Below, one piece after another: positions 1 to 9,950 of a stretch of DNA of 64,000 nt. The stretch is from an uncultured Chitinophagaceae bacterium. Lineage in GTDB: Bacteria > Bacteroidota > Bacteroidia > Chitinophagales > Chitinophagaceae. Within the stretch, counting starts at the first letter, position 1; each line of letters opens with the position of its first letter. The DNA is taken from NCBI GenBank assembly GCA_964236235.1, contig CAXSDW010000003.1, forward strand, positions 22,100 through 86,099. The letters run 5' to 3'. The position numbers and the translations under genes were made by a program. Under the pieces are notes generated by a model, which saw only the letters and a list, made by a program, of their open reading frames with translations, did no database searches and was not told the origin of the DNA.

Positions 1-2
1 TT

Positions 3-983
3 CAAAGTAAGTCTGCTTATATTGTAATTAAACCACTGCCATTAATAAACCAACCTAAAAATTTCAAAGGCGCAGTAGGTACTTTTAGTATTGATGCAAA
101 ACTGCAAAAGAATACCATGACCACTGATGATGCAGGCAATCTTACCATCACAATTGCAGGCAGCGGAAATTTGCAAATGATAAATGCGCCTGATGTTTTG
201 TGGCCTGGCGGCATAGAATCATTTGAGCCTAAACTAACCGAACAAATTGATAAAACCTCGGTACCGCTTAAAGGGGAAAAGATTTTCAATTATGCTTTTA
301 CTGTTTCTAAATCTGCAACTTATACAATACCTGCCATTAGTTTTTCTTATTTTGATAACAATGCGCAGGCTTATAAAATCATTACAACAAAGCCGCTTAC
401 TATCAGTGTAACAAAAGGTAAGGGTATCAAAAAAATGCTTGCCAGCGCTTTAAATAATGTCAACAAACCTCCGTCTGAAAATATTATACATGCATTTCTT
501 AATCAGCTCTGGCTATGGCTTGTAACAGGTTTTGTTTTATCAGGATTAATAGTTTTTGTAATTATAAAATCAATTAGAAAAAAGACTGCTGCATCAAAAG
601 CTGAACCAGTTATAAAGAATAGAGAAGAACAAACGTTAACTACTAAAGAGAACATAAATGCGTATCAGCATCCTTTGCATGAAGCTAAGGAAGCGCTGCA
701 AAATGATGAAAATAATTTTTACAGGGTTATAAATAATTCGTTAAGAAAATACCTTTCACGCAAATTAAATTATCCTGAAACGGAACTTACAAAGAAGAAA
801 ATAAATGAGCTTTTGGATAAACATAATGCAGGCATAGGAACAACGCTGAAGCTTACATCATTACTGGAAAATATAGAGCTGAATTTATATGCACCACTTT
901 CATCATCGTACCAGATGCAGGAAATGTATGAAGAAGCAAGTGAAGTAATTTCGTTATTAGATAAGCAAGTTAATGCCCTGTAA
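3..983 (+). CDS. batD: BatD family protein, C-terminal part (5' end outside the window)
   Basis: Frame is open from position 3 (QSKSAYIVIKPLPLINQPKNFKGAVGTF), with the PLP..P..F.GAVG.F BatD repeat motif, then TIPAISFSYFD, a TM helix and a C-terminal helical domain. Confidence 0.8.
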   Translation, partial: QSKSAYIVIKPLPLINQPKNFKGAVGTFSIDAKLQKNTMTTDDAGNLTITIAGSGNLQMINAPDVLWPGGIESFEPKLTEQIDKTSVPLKGEKIFNYAFTVSKSATYTIPAISFSYFDNNAQAYKIITTKPLTISVTKGKGIKKMLASALNNVNKPPSENIIHAFLNQLWLWLVTGFVLSGLIVFVIIKSIRKKTAASKAEPVIKNREEQTLTTKENINAYQHPLHEAKEALQNDENNFYRVINNSLRKYLSRKLNYPETELTKKKINELLDKHNAGIGTTLKLTSLLENIELNLYAPLSSSYQMQEMYEEASEVISLLDKQVNAL

Positions 984-1677
984 ACTTGTAGCCTATTCCT
1001 CTTATTGAATGAAAATATATTGGATTACGTGAGTCGTCTTCAAAATATTTACGAAAGCTTAAAATAAAGTTATCTATTGTTCTTGTTGTTGGGTAAACAT
1101 TATAACCCCATACAGCCTGCAGAATTTTTTCTCTTGGTACCACTTCATTTTTATTTTGTATTAATAACTTCAGCAGCATCGTTTCTTTTTTAGTTAAGGT
1201 AATTGTTTCTCCGTCTTTTGTTGTGCATTGTAATGCTTTAAAATTCACACTGTTTTTCCCAAATTTATATTCATCATCAACCGGTTTTTTTTGTGCAATG
1301 CGATTACTTTTGTGTATAAGTTTATGTACTCTCAGTAAAAGTTCTTCCAGGTTAAATGGCTTGGTAAGATAATCATCAGCGCCTTTTTTTAATCCCAGCA
1401 CACGGTCGGCGCTGCTATTTTTTGCACTAAGAATTAATATAGGAATATCGTTGCCTTGCAACCGGATATTCTCGCAAACGCTTATCCCGTCCAGCTCCGG
1501 AAGCATTACATCAAGAATGATTAGATCAAAATGTTCGGCTTGTACAGCATTCAATGCTTCTGCGCCGTCACTTACGCCGCTTACTTCATAGCCTTCAAGC
1601 TCAAGGTTAAGCTTTAGCGCTTCTAAAAGATTTTCTTCATCTTCCACTATTAATATTGAATATTTTTTTTCAGTCAT
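970..1677 (-). CDS. OmpR/PhoB family response regulator
   Basis: Receiver (LIVEDE, LDVMLP, KPF) plus winged-helix domain (TRTIDNFI..RK, SIRGIGYKF). Confidence 0.92.
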   Translation of the reverse strand: MTEKKYSILIVEDEENLLEALKLNLELEGYEVSGVSDGAEALNAVQAEHFDLIILDVMLPELDGISVCENIRLQGNDIPILILSAKNSSADRVLGLKKGADDYLTKPFNLEELLLRVHKLIHKSNRIAQKKPVDDEYKFGKNSVNFKALQCTTKDGETITLTKKETMLLKLLIQNKNEVVPREKILQAVWGYNVYPTTRTIDNFILSFRKYFEDDSRNPIYFHSIRGIGYKFTGH

Positions 1678-1687
1678 TTAAGCATTC

Positions 1688-2677
1688 TTACTCATTTCCA
1701 AATTGTCTTAAACTTATTACAAAAATACTTCCTTGCGGTTGATTAGGTTGAACAGTTATAGTACCATCATGTTGTTCGATAATTTTTTTTGTAAGATATA
1801 ATCCAAGTCCTGTTCCTTTGGCTCCTTTGGTATGTACATTGCCAATGCGATAAAATTTTTGAAATATCTTTTCTTTTTCTTTCGCAGAAATGCCTTTTCC
1901 TTCATCTGCTATAAAGAGCTCTATTTTATTTTTTGTTGCATTTAATACTATCCTCACCTTGCTTTCACGCGGAGAATATTTTATAGCATTATCTAAAAGA
2001 TTATTTACCGCCATTTGAAGCAATAACCTGTCGCAGGCAACATAAATATCTTCCTGTATGTCTGATTCAAATTTCCTATCAGGAAATCTTATAATAAAAT
2101 CATGCGCACATTCTTTGGTTAAGCTCGTTAAATCAACCTGCTCCCTGGTTATTTTATATCCGCCGGCTTCAATCTGGCTGGCCAAAAGCATATTATTGCA
2201 CAGATCATTTAACCTGTTAGCTTCCTGTAATGTATTAGATAAAAGTTTTTGCTTTTGTTCATTTGTAAGCTGGTGTTTTTGCAGTGTTTCAAGATTTAGT
2301 TTAGTAACAGCAATTGGCGTTTTAAGTTCGTGTGTAAGTGCCATCATAAAATTTTGCTGCTGCTGCGATTGCCGGAATTGTCTTCTTACTACCCTAAAAA
2401 CGAATACTGCACCGGTTATTATCAGTAGTAAAAAAGTAATGCCTTCACTAAGGTATTGAACTGTCTTTCTTTTTTTTTCATTTTCAATTTTATATACCAG
2501 GTAAGCATAACCAGGCTGATCAGTCCTTAACTTTTGTAATTTATAGGTAACCATTTGGTTGTTCTGCATATTCAATAAAATAAACCAATAGATCAATGCA
2601 GCGATTATATAGGCTAATAAAAACCAGTAAACAAAGAAGATAGTACGCAGGCGTTTTACTTTAAAGATTCCGGGCAT
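1688..2677 (-). CDS. Membrane sensor histidine kinase paired with the OmpR regulator
   Basis: Two TM helices, H-box THELKTP, N-box NLLDNAIKYS, DEGKGI, GTGLGL. Confidence 0.92.
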   Translation of the reverse strand: MPGIFKVKRLRTIFFVYWFLLAYIIAALIYWFILLNMQNNQMVTYKLQKLRTDQPGYAYLVYKIENEKKRKTVQYLSEGITFLLLIITGAVFVFRVVRRQFRQSQQQQNFMMALTHELKTPIAVTKLNLETLQKHQLTNEQKQKLLSNTLQEANRLNDLCNNMLLASQIEAGGYKITREQVDLTSLTKECAHDFIIRFPDRKFESDIQEDIYVACDRLLLQMAVNNLLDNAIKYSPRESKVRIVLNATKNKIELFIADEGKGISAKEKEKIFQKFYRIGNVHTKGAKGTGLGLYLTKKIIEQHDGTITVQPNQPQGSIFVISLRQFGNE

Positions 2678-2737
2678 GTAATAAAGTAATTAGTTTGAAA
2701 GCCGGTTACAGCAGGAATAAATAAAAAGCAAGCCTTA

Positions 2738-3205
2738 TTATAAGCGTACTTTTTCTACCCTTATACCTACATTTAAAATATACTTAAGCGGATTTTCTCT
2801 CATGATGTGGGCAATGGTAAAAGTATAAGTTCCTTTCATTTTAAAAGCTACCGGGCCCGGTGTAAGAGTTTTTCTTACATCAAAGATATCATCCATGCCC
2901 ACGCCCTCCCACCCTTTAGCATCAGTGCCAAGTGTAAGATCAAGATTTTGAAAATGAAATGAATCACCCGGCGCCTTTGAACCAAGCCTAACCCACATAT
3001 TATTATATTCGTATGCATCGGTATGTCTTAACACAATAAAAATATTATAAGATATAGTTGTATCTGTAATATTAAATGAGAACTCAGGCTTATTATTATA
3101 AAACCACTTTTGGTCAGGTATCACAATTGTTTTTTCAAATACATCAAGATGTGTGCAGGCTGTAAGTGATATGCAAAGTATAATTATGAAACCTAAAATT
3201 TTCAA
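2738..3205 (-). CDS. gldH: Gliding motility lipoprotein GldH
   Basis: Lipobox LTAC; LRHTDAYEYNN.W, G.W.G.G..DI and MRENPL..ILNVG motifs. Confidence 0.85.
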   Translation of the reverse strand: MKILGFIIILCISLTACTHLDVFEKTIVIPDQKWFYNNKPEFSFNITDTTISYNIFIVLRHTDAYEYNNMWVRLGSKAPGDSFHFQNLDLTLGTDAKGWEGVGMDDIFDVRKTLTPGPVAFKMKGTYTFTIAHIMRENPLKYILNVGIRVEKVRL

Positions 3206-3294
3206 GATGAATATTTACAACAAAATAAATTGTTTTAAATGATACTTATACAAAGTAGCCGGAGCGTTTTCTACTTTAATGAAATAAAAATAAT

Positions 3295-4170
3295 TTATAA
3301 GACATTAAGAATTTGTTCTTTTGATTTTTCAAGCTCATCTTTCATGTATACAACACATTTTTGTATATCAGAGTCGTAAGCTTTTGATCCGGTGGTATTT
3401 ATTTCACGACCTATTTCCTGCAGCACAAATGAAAGTTTTTTCCCTTTCGCTTCTTCTTTATCATTGAGTATATTTTTAAAGTATTCACAGTGATTTTTAA
3501 GTCTTACCTGTTCTTCAGTAATATCTATCTTTTCAATATAATAAATAAGTTCCTGCTCCAGCCTGTTAGGGTCATAGTTTTCTTTACCCACATTTTCTTC
3601 TAATATTTTTACCAGTTCATCTTTCATTCTTTGTTTTCGCTGAGGCACTAATTTTAAAATTGCATCTTCCTGTGCAGCAATATTTTTCATACGCAGCAGC
3701 AATTCGGTCTCTATTGATTTACCTTCTTCACATCTGTGACTTTCTAATTCTTTCAAAGCTTCTTCAAGTACTTTTTTAAGCTCTTTCCAATCATCTTCAT
3801 CAAGTATTTCATTTGATGGAGTAACCACTTCGGGCAACCTTAAAAGAGCGCTTAGCACTGAGTTTGTATCAATGTTAAGCTCATTGGCAAGTACCTCAAT
3901 TTGCTTATAATAAGCTTTTATAAGGTCAGTGTTTATTACAACAGGTTTTGAAGAACCATTTTGCTTAATTGTAATAAAGCAATCAATGCTTCCTCTCACA
4001 AGCTTTTCCTGCAAAAGGTTTCTTACATCAAACTCATAAGATTTTAATAATGGTGGAATTTTTAAATTCATCTCTAACTGTTTTCCGTTTAAAGATTTTA
4101 TTTCTACCAAAAAAGTTTTCTCGTTTACTGTTTTTTCTGCACGTCCAAAACCCGTCATTGATTTTAGCAT
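3295..4170 (-). CDS. yicC: YicC/YloC family endoribonuclease
   Basis: MLKSMTGFGR N-terminus, EIKSLN, KIDITEE.VRL..H, GKKLSFVLQEIGREINTTGSK, EQILNVL. Confidence 0.92.
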   Translation of the reverse strand: MLKSMTGFGRAEKTVNEKTFLVEIKSLNGKQLEMNLKIPPLLKSYEFDVRNLLQEKLVRGSIDCFITIKQNGSSKPVVINTDLIKAYYKQIEVLANELNIDTNSVLSALLRLPEVVTPSNEILDEDDWKELKKVLEEALKELESHRCEEGKSIETELLLRMKNIAAQEDAILKLVPQRKQRMKDELVKILEENVGKENYDPNRLEQELIYYIEKIDITEEQVRLKNHCEYFKNILNDKEEAKGKKLSFVLQEIGREINTTGSKAYDSDIQKCVVYMKDELEKSKEQILNVL

Positions 4171-4751
4171 TTAGTATTTAGTTTAAGTTTTGAAGCAAGT
4201 GTCTTTAAAAAATGAAAAATAAAATCAACATAAATAGTTCCCAAAAATAATAAAGCCCGACTTTTTGTTGCCGGGCCTTGTTATATGGATGGGTTAGTAA
4301 GTACCGGGAAAAAATTTCCCTACACAATAATAAAAATAATTTTTTTTAACGTAAAATAATTTGCCTATTAATTTATCAACATTTTATTTTTTGTTGTGGA
4401 TAAGGACACTCGTTTTTAAAGTGCAATCATCCATTTATGTTATTAACATAAAATAAAAACGCTCACAGCATCCTTGTAATAAAAGTATGAGTATGCTGAA
4501 GCTCTCTATTCATAAGGGTTCCGGAGTTGCAGCAATATATTTAATCATTGCATTCATTTTTAATTGATGTAAATAAGATGTTGAAATGTTATCTCATTAA
4601 AGTAATCTTAAAATAAAAAATATTTTTTAACCTGTTATCAAAAGAAGGCGATCGATTTCTGATCTTACCAGTTTTTATTTTTTTAAGTTCAATGTTATCA
4701 TGGTTAACTATAATTATATTGGATGGTTACCTTTGATTCAAATACTTATTA
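4171..4751. other. Candidate replication origin (oriC)
   Basis: 580-bp AT-rich gap between divergent genes; perfect DnaA box TGTGGATAA 4395-4403; TTATCAACA 4373-4381; TTATTAACA 4440-4448; TTATCAAAA 4635-4643; GATC-containing T-rich tract ~4649-4685. Confidence 0.6.
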
Positions 4752-5714
4752 ATGAAACTATCTGCACCTGTACCTGTAAAATGGGTTGCCTCATTTATAA
4801 ATGCTGAACTTATCGGAAAAAGAGACGGCGATGTAACAGGCATAAATGAAATACATAATGTACTGCCCGGCGATCTCGTTTTTGTTGATCATCCAAAGTA
4901 TTATGCAAAATGTATTAACAGCAATGCTACTTTCATAATTATTAATATCAAAGCAGAAGTGCCTGCCGGCAAGACTTTGCTCGTAGTGACAGATCCGTTT
5001 GAGGCATACTTAAAACTGGTAAATTATTTTCGTCCCTTTATACCTTCATTGAAAATGATAAGCGATACGGCAGTAATTAAAGATGGAACTGTTATGATGC
5101 CAAATGTTTTTGTGGGCAATAATGTTCACATTGGCAAAAACTGTATTATTCATCCGGGTGTAATAATTTATGATGATTGTATTATCGGGGATAACGTGGT
5201 GATACATTCAGCAACGGTAATTGGCAGTGATGCATTTTATTTTAATACAAAAAAGACAAGAGATGTATGGTATAAAAAAATGCAGAGTTGTGGTCGTGTT
5301 GTAATTGAAGATGATGTGGAAATAGGTGCCGGCTGCACACTTGATCGCGGCGTAAGCGCTGATACAAAAATTGGTGCAGGAACAAAAATGGATAACATGA
5401 TACACATCGGTCATGATGTAGTAATAGGCAAGAATTGTTTAATTGCTGCGCAGGTTGGTATTGCTGGTTGTACGGTGATCGGTAATGGTGTTACCATCTG
5501 GGGGCAGGCCGGTATAAGTAAAACACTTACTGTGGGTGATAACGCTATAATTCTTGCCCAGAGCGGGCTTGGAGAAAATGTTGAAGCTGGTAAAGTTTAT
5601 TTTGGTACACCTGCTGCGCCGGCATTGCAAAAGCAAAAAGAATTAATCTGGATAAAACGTATTCCTGAAATTTGGGAGAAACTTTTTTCTACTCAGCCAC
5701 CTAAGGGTTTATAA
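4752..5714 (+). CDS. lpxD: UDP-3-O-acylglucosamine N-acyltransferase LpxD-like
   Basis: LpxD N-domain, hexapeptide repeats, IGSDAFYF, IGAGCTLDRG, DNMIHIGHDV.IG. Confidence 0.85.
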   Translation: MKLSAPVPVKWVASFINAELIGKRDGDVTGINEIHNVLPGDLVFVDHPKYYAKCINSNATFIIINIKAEVPAGKTLLVVTDPFEAYLKLVNYFRPFIPSLKMISDTAVIKDGTVMMPNVFVGNNVHIGKNCIIHPGVIIYDDCIIGDNVVIHSATVIGSDAFYFNTKKTRDVWYKKMQSCGRVVIEDDVEIGAGCTLDRGVSADTKIGAGTKMDNMIHIGHDVVIGKNCLIAAQVGIAGCTVIGNGVTIWGQAGISKTLTVGDNAIILAQSGLGENVEAGKVYFGTPAAPALQKQKELIWIKRIPEIWEKLFSTQPPKGL

Positions 5715-5738
5715 AGCGCTTATTGCTTAGTTAATTTT

Positions 5739-6848
5739 TTATCTCTGTTCTTCTTTTTTTAGTAGTGGCGTATAATCATACGGCAACATATCACCTACTT
5801 TTTTAAAGCCCCAGTAATCATTAGTAGTTATATCTTTTTGATCATAGAAATAGCCATTCTCTTCTATTACAATAGATTCACCCTGAGTGATAGTTAACGT
5901 AGAAACCTGGTAATCTTTTTTGTCTTTGGAATTATCTGTATAATAATCTTCTTCAGGTTTCGCTTTCTTATAAATAATAACCATATCAGGTTGGTTAGGT
6001 TTAAACTCAACCGTTTTAGTGCTGTCATCTTTTAAATAATTAAGAGCAGCATAAATGTTTTTTAATGGAATAGCATTTTCATTATCATTATTTTTTACCA
6101 GCAACTGAACTTCAAATTCATCTTCATTTAATGTTTTATTATAAAGGCTTCTCATAAAATGTAACTGCGAGCCGAGGTAAGCTTTCATTCTGTTTTGCTG
6201 CCACAACGCCTGCTTTTCCGGTGTTCCATGCATTTCTTCAAACAAAGGATAACCTGTAAACTGGTTCACATTATTTCCATACTCGTAGGTAAAAGAATCT
6301 ATTGCAAATTTTATTTGATAACCCAGGGCTTCATTAATTACCATTAAAGGTTCGTTGGCCATAACCTTTAAACGATTCCTTTTTTTGCTGAAATAAAATT
6401 TCAATACCTCAGGATTTTTAATAACACATTGTTTGCTTAATTGCGTTTTACCAATAAAGTTTTCAGTAAAAAATTGTCCATATTTTTCCCAGCCATCTTT
6501 TACTTCGTTAGATGCGATGATGGATACTTCTTCCATTGTTTTTTCTTTCTGGCTTACTTCAATTGTAAGGTCTTTGTCAGCTGTTGACGTGCTTATGCGA
6601 ATACTTTCTGTTTCATAGCCGGTAAATGTTATTATAAGATCGTAACCACCGTTGGGTAACTTTAAATTGAAATTTCCGGCCGTGTTTGTGGCAACACCAA
6701 AGGTTGTGTTTTGTGCAAATACAGATGCGCCGGCTAATGGTTGTTTGGAAGTTTTATCTATTACTTTACCGTTAATTACAAAGTGAGTGGATTGTGAAAA
6801 TGAGGAAGTAAAAAATATAATTGCGAACAGGCAGGTTATTAATTTCAT
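5739..6848 (-). CDS. Secreted protein with carboxypeptidase-like regulatory domain
   Basis: Signal peptide; GKVID..SKQPLAGASV...G..TN..G.F.L domain; NEALGYQIKF and AYLGSQLHFMRSLY family motifs. Confidence 0.75.
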   Translation of the reverse strand: MKLITCLFAIIFFTSSFSQSTHFVINGKVIDKTSKQPLAGASVFAQNTTFGVATNTAGNFNLKLPNGGYDLIITFTGYETESIRISTSTADKDLTIEVSQKEKTMEEVSIIASNEVKDGWEKYGQFFTENFIGKTQLSKQCVIKNPEVLKFYFSKKRNRLKVMANEPLMVINEALGYQIKFAIDSFTYEYGNNVNQFTGYPLFEEMHGTPEKQALWQQNRMKAYLGSQLHFMRSLYNKTLNEDEFEVQLLVKNNDNENAIPLKNIYAALNYLKDDSTKTVEFKPNQPDMVIIYKKAKPEEDYYTDNSKDKKDYQVSTLTITQGESIVIEENGYFYDQKDITTNDYWGFKKVGDMLPYDYTPLLKKEEQR

Positions 6849-6877
6849 TATATGATTTCTAAAATTGAGGTAATTAT

Positions 6878-7900
6878 TTAAAGATGGTTAAGCTCAAGTA
6901 AAGTTGCACAGGTATCGTTAATTGTTTGCTTTAACGGGATGAACGTAAAACCGGGCAGCGTTGTTTTAATTTTCGTGTTATCAAAATAAACTTTGGCCTG
7001 GGCAGTACGTGCGGTATCCTTGGTAAGTAAATGTTTTTTACCAGTAAGAAAAGTTTTTAATACCTCCGTTCTCCATACTAATTCTGCAAGTAACGGACTA
7101 ACCCTTTTATGTGGTGGCTTTTTACTAAAGCTTTCAGCAATCAAAGTAAACACATCTTTATAAGAAATATTTTCTGCATTCAATATAAAGCGCTCATTAA
7201 TTATTGTACTATCCATCAATAAGATCATCGCCTTAGCCACATCTCTTACATCTACAAAGCCTGTTACGCCTTCTGTGTACCATGGAAATTCGTTATACAC
7301 AGTTTTAAAAATGGCAGTGGATCCCTTATTCCAGTCGGTGCCTCCTAATATTAAAGATGGATTTACAATCACCGCCGGAAGCCCTTCTCCCATTGCTCTC
7401 CATACTTCCATCTCTGCTAAAAATTTAGATCTGCCGTAAAGATTATTACCTGGTTCATTTTTCCATATTAATTCTTCTGTGGTTTTTTTGCTGCTTATTG
7501 ATTTGTTCAATGCTGCTACGGAACTTACATGTACAAGCTTCTTTATACCGGTGGTGGTGGCGGCATTCACCACATTAGTTGTTCCTTCAACATTTATTTT
7601 TAAAACTTCATCCCTGTCTTTCGGGCTGAATGAAACAATGGCTGCACAATGAAAAACATGTGTAACATCTTCCATTACCTGTTGCAATGTGATTATATCA
7701 AGAATGTCACATTTAAAAGCAGTAATATTTTTATTGTTGAAAGCGGGAAGCGGCGTTTTGTTGTATGTCGCTTTTATTTTTCTACCCTGCCTAAGCAACT
7801 GCGTTATCAATTCAGTGCCCACTAATCCTGAGCCTCCCGTGACTAATATCATATTCCCTTTGGCTGAAGATGTATTATCACTATTTTCTTTTTGAATCAT
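6878..7900 (-). CDS. NAD-dependent epimerase/dehydratase (extended SDR)
   Basis: ILVTGGSGLVG, HCAAIVS, HVSSVAA, YGRSK, NPS.ILG. Confidence 0.88.
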   Translation of the reverse strand: MIQKENSDNTSSAKGNMILVTGGSGLVGTELITQLLRQGRKIKATYNKTPLPAFNNKNITAFKCDILDIITLQQVMEDVTHVFHCAAIVSFSPKDRDEVLKINVEGTTNVVNAATTTGIKKLVHVSSVAALNKSISSKKTTEELIWKNEPGNNLYGRSKFLAEMEVWRAMGEGLPAVIVNPSLILGGTDWNKGSTAIFKTVYNEFPWYTEGVTGFVDVRDVAKAMILLMDSTIINERFILNAENISYKDVFTLIAESFSKKPPHKRVSPLLAELVWRTEVLKTFLTGKKHLLTKDTARTAQAKVYFDNTKIKTTLPGFTFIPLKQTINDTCATLLELNHL

Positions 7901-8763
7901 ATTTTCTTAATCTCCTTTGAAGGATAAGAGTAAAATCCCTTTCCGGTTTTTCTGCCAAGTTCACCACTTTCTACTTTTTTAATTTGAATGAAAGATGGCT
8001 TAAAACGTTCGGTTTTATCAAATGCTTCATAAATACTTTGCGATACAGATAAATTAATATCTATCCCTATAAGGTCCATTAATTTAAATGGTCCCATTTT
8101 AAAACCTGTTGCTTCCATTACATCGTCTATGGTTTCAAAAGTTGCAATTCCCTGCTCCAATAACTTCAAGGCTTCTAAATAATAGTGTCGGGCAATGCGG
8201 TTAACAACGAAGCCTGGTGCGTCTTTGCAATGCACCGGGGTTTTATTCATTTGCAGGCAAAGTGTATAAACAGTTTGCGCAATCTGTTCATTTGTAAGGT
8301 CGCCTTTGACTATTTCCACCAGTTTCATTACCGTTGCAGGATTAAAGAAATGCATTCCTACAACTCTTTCAGGATGCAAAATACTTTTTTGGATTTCGGA
8401 AACTGAAAGTGAAGATGTGTTAGTTGCAAAAATTACTTCTGCACTATTTATACCTGCTAACTGATTAAACAAAGCCACTTTTGTTTCTAACTTTTCTATA
8501 ATCGCTTCAATAATCAAATCGGCCTTGCAATCATTTATATTATTTGAAAATTTTAAGCATTGAAAGATTTTTTCTTTTTGTTCTGAAGAAATTTTTTCTT
8601 TATCAGTGAGGGATTGAAGAGATTGGTCAATACTATTTTTTGCCTTCTCTAAAAATGTTTTATCAATATCAAAAAGAGTTGTTTCAAAGCCGCTCTTTGC
8701 ACACACCTGCGCTATTCCGCTTCCCATAGTTCCAGCTCCGCAGATACAAATTGTTTGGATCAT
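7897..8763 (-). CDS. 3-hydroxyacyl(butyryl)-CoA dehydrogenase
   Basis: GAGTMGSGIA, IIEAIIEK, FATNTSSLS, GMHFFNPA, GFVVNRI, MGPFKLMDLIG.D. Confidence 0.9.
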   Translation of the reverse strand: MIQTICICGAGTMGSGIAQVCAKSGFETTLFDIDKTFLEKAKNSIDQSLQSLTDKEKISSEQKEKIFQCLKFSNNINDCKADLIIEAIIEKLETKVALFNQLAGINSAEVIFATNTSSLSVSEIQKSILHPERVVGMHFFNPATVMKLVEIVKGDLTNEQIAQTVYTLCLQMNKTPVHCKDAPGFVVNRIARHYYLEALKLLEQGIATFETIDDVMEATGFKMGPFKLMDLIGIDINLSVSQSIYEAFDKTERFKPSFIQIKKVESGELGRKTGKGFYSYPSKEIKKI

Positions 8764-8802
8764 CTAAATGATAAGATTAATGATAAGATATTAACGTATA
8801 GA

Positions 8803-9834
8803 TTATACCGCACCAGTAAACTGCTTCAAAAATCTCAGGTCATTTTCGCTAAACAGCCGAAGATCTTTAATCTGGTATTTAAGCATTGTAATTCTTTCTA
8901 TTCCCATTCCAAAGGCAAAGCCAGAATATTTATTGCTGTCTATTCCGCAATTTTCCAACAGTTTTGGATGAGCCATACCGCAACCTAATATTTCTACCCA
9001 GCCGGTGTATTTACAAACGTTGCAACCTTTGCCACCACATATTAAACAGGTGATATCCATTTCGGCGCTGGGCTCGGTAAAAGGAAAATACGAAGGCCTG
9101 AACCTTATCTTCACTGTATCTCCAAACATCTCCTTTACAAAAAAATATAACGTTTGCTTAAGGTCTGCAAAAGAAACATTTTCCGCAATGTATAAACCTT
9201 CTACCTGGTGAAAAAAACAATGTGCCCTGGCGCTTACAGTTTCATTGCGATATACACGGCCAGGGCAAATAATTCTAATAGGTAATATGCCTTTTTCCAT
9301 TTCCCTCACCTGTACACTGCTTGTATGTGTACGAAGCATCCACGCCGGGTTTTGCGAAACATAAAAGGTATCCTGCATGTCTCTTGCCGGATGATTTTCA
9401 GGAAGATTTAGAGCGGTGAAATTATGCCAGTCATCTTCAATTTCGGGGCCTTCAGCAACAGCAAAGCCCAGGCGGTGAAAGATAGAAATAATTTTATTTT
9501 TTACAATGCTTACCGGATGCCGGCTTCCTATTGGTAAACTATCACCCGGAAGAGTAAGGTCTATTTCGCTGGAAGGTGACTGCCGGCCGTTCTCATTTAT
9601 TTTTTTTAATTCTTCAAATTTATTTTCAGTAAATAATTTAAAATCATTTACTATTTGTCCGAACGTTTTTTTATTCTCATTGGGCACATTTTTAATTTCT
9701 GCCATTACAGATTTTAATAAGCCCTTTGTGCCAAGATACTTTATGCGAAAGGCTTCCGCAGTATTATTGTCGTTTATTGCATAGTCATTAATTTGCTTTT
9801 TATAATCTTCTAACTTTTTAATTAATTCTTCCAT
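8803..9834 (-). CDS. pheS: Phenylalanine--tRNA ligase alpha subunit
   Basis: HPARDMQDTFY, LRTHTSSVQ, FRPSYFPFTEPS, GFAFGMGIER. Start moved to ATG 9834 because a TATTTTTG -7 element sits at 9840-9847. Confidence 0.97.
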   Translation of the reverse strand: MEELIKKLEDYKKQINDYAINDNNTAEAFRIKYLGTKGLLKSVMAEIKNVPNENKKTFGQIVNDFKLFTENKFEELKKINENGRQSPSSEIDLTLPGDSLPIGSRHPVSIVKNKIISIFHRLGFAVAEGPEIEDDWHNFTALNLPENHPARDMQDTFYVSQNPAWMLRTHTSSVQVREMEKGILPIRIICPGRVYRNETVSARAHCFFHQVEGLYIAENVSFADLKQTLYFFVKEMFGDTVKIRFRPSYFPFTEPSAEMDITCLICGGKGCNVCKYTGWVEILGCGMAHPKLLENCGIDSNKYSGFAFGMGIERITMLKYQIKDLRLFSENDLRFLKQFTGAV

Positions 9835-9839
9835 ACGTG

Positions 9840-9847
9840 CAAAAATA
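9840..9847 (-). promoter_or_regulatory. Bacteroidota -7 promoter element (TAnnTTTG) for pheS
   Basis: TATTTTTG ends 6 nt before the ATG. Confidence 0.55.
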
Positions 9848-9950
9848 AGCTTCAACCATGATTTTTTAGAGATAGAAACAAGCAGTATAAAAAAACCTAT
9901 CCGCTATTAGATTGTGTTTTATCTTTTAGGTTTGTAAAAAACATAAGACC

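Noticed and set aside
2470-2478. T9 run in the kinase gene (and T9 at 25504-25512 in the MMPL gene) as phase-variation or recoding sites
   Set aside because: Both ORFs are intact across the run and no conserved sequence sits in an alternate frame, unlike the ligD case.
2738-3205. Separation of gldH from ricT and gldA as a special feature
   Set aside because: gld genes are dispersed in many gliding Bacteroidota; nothing in the sequence points to more than ordinary rearrangement.
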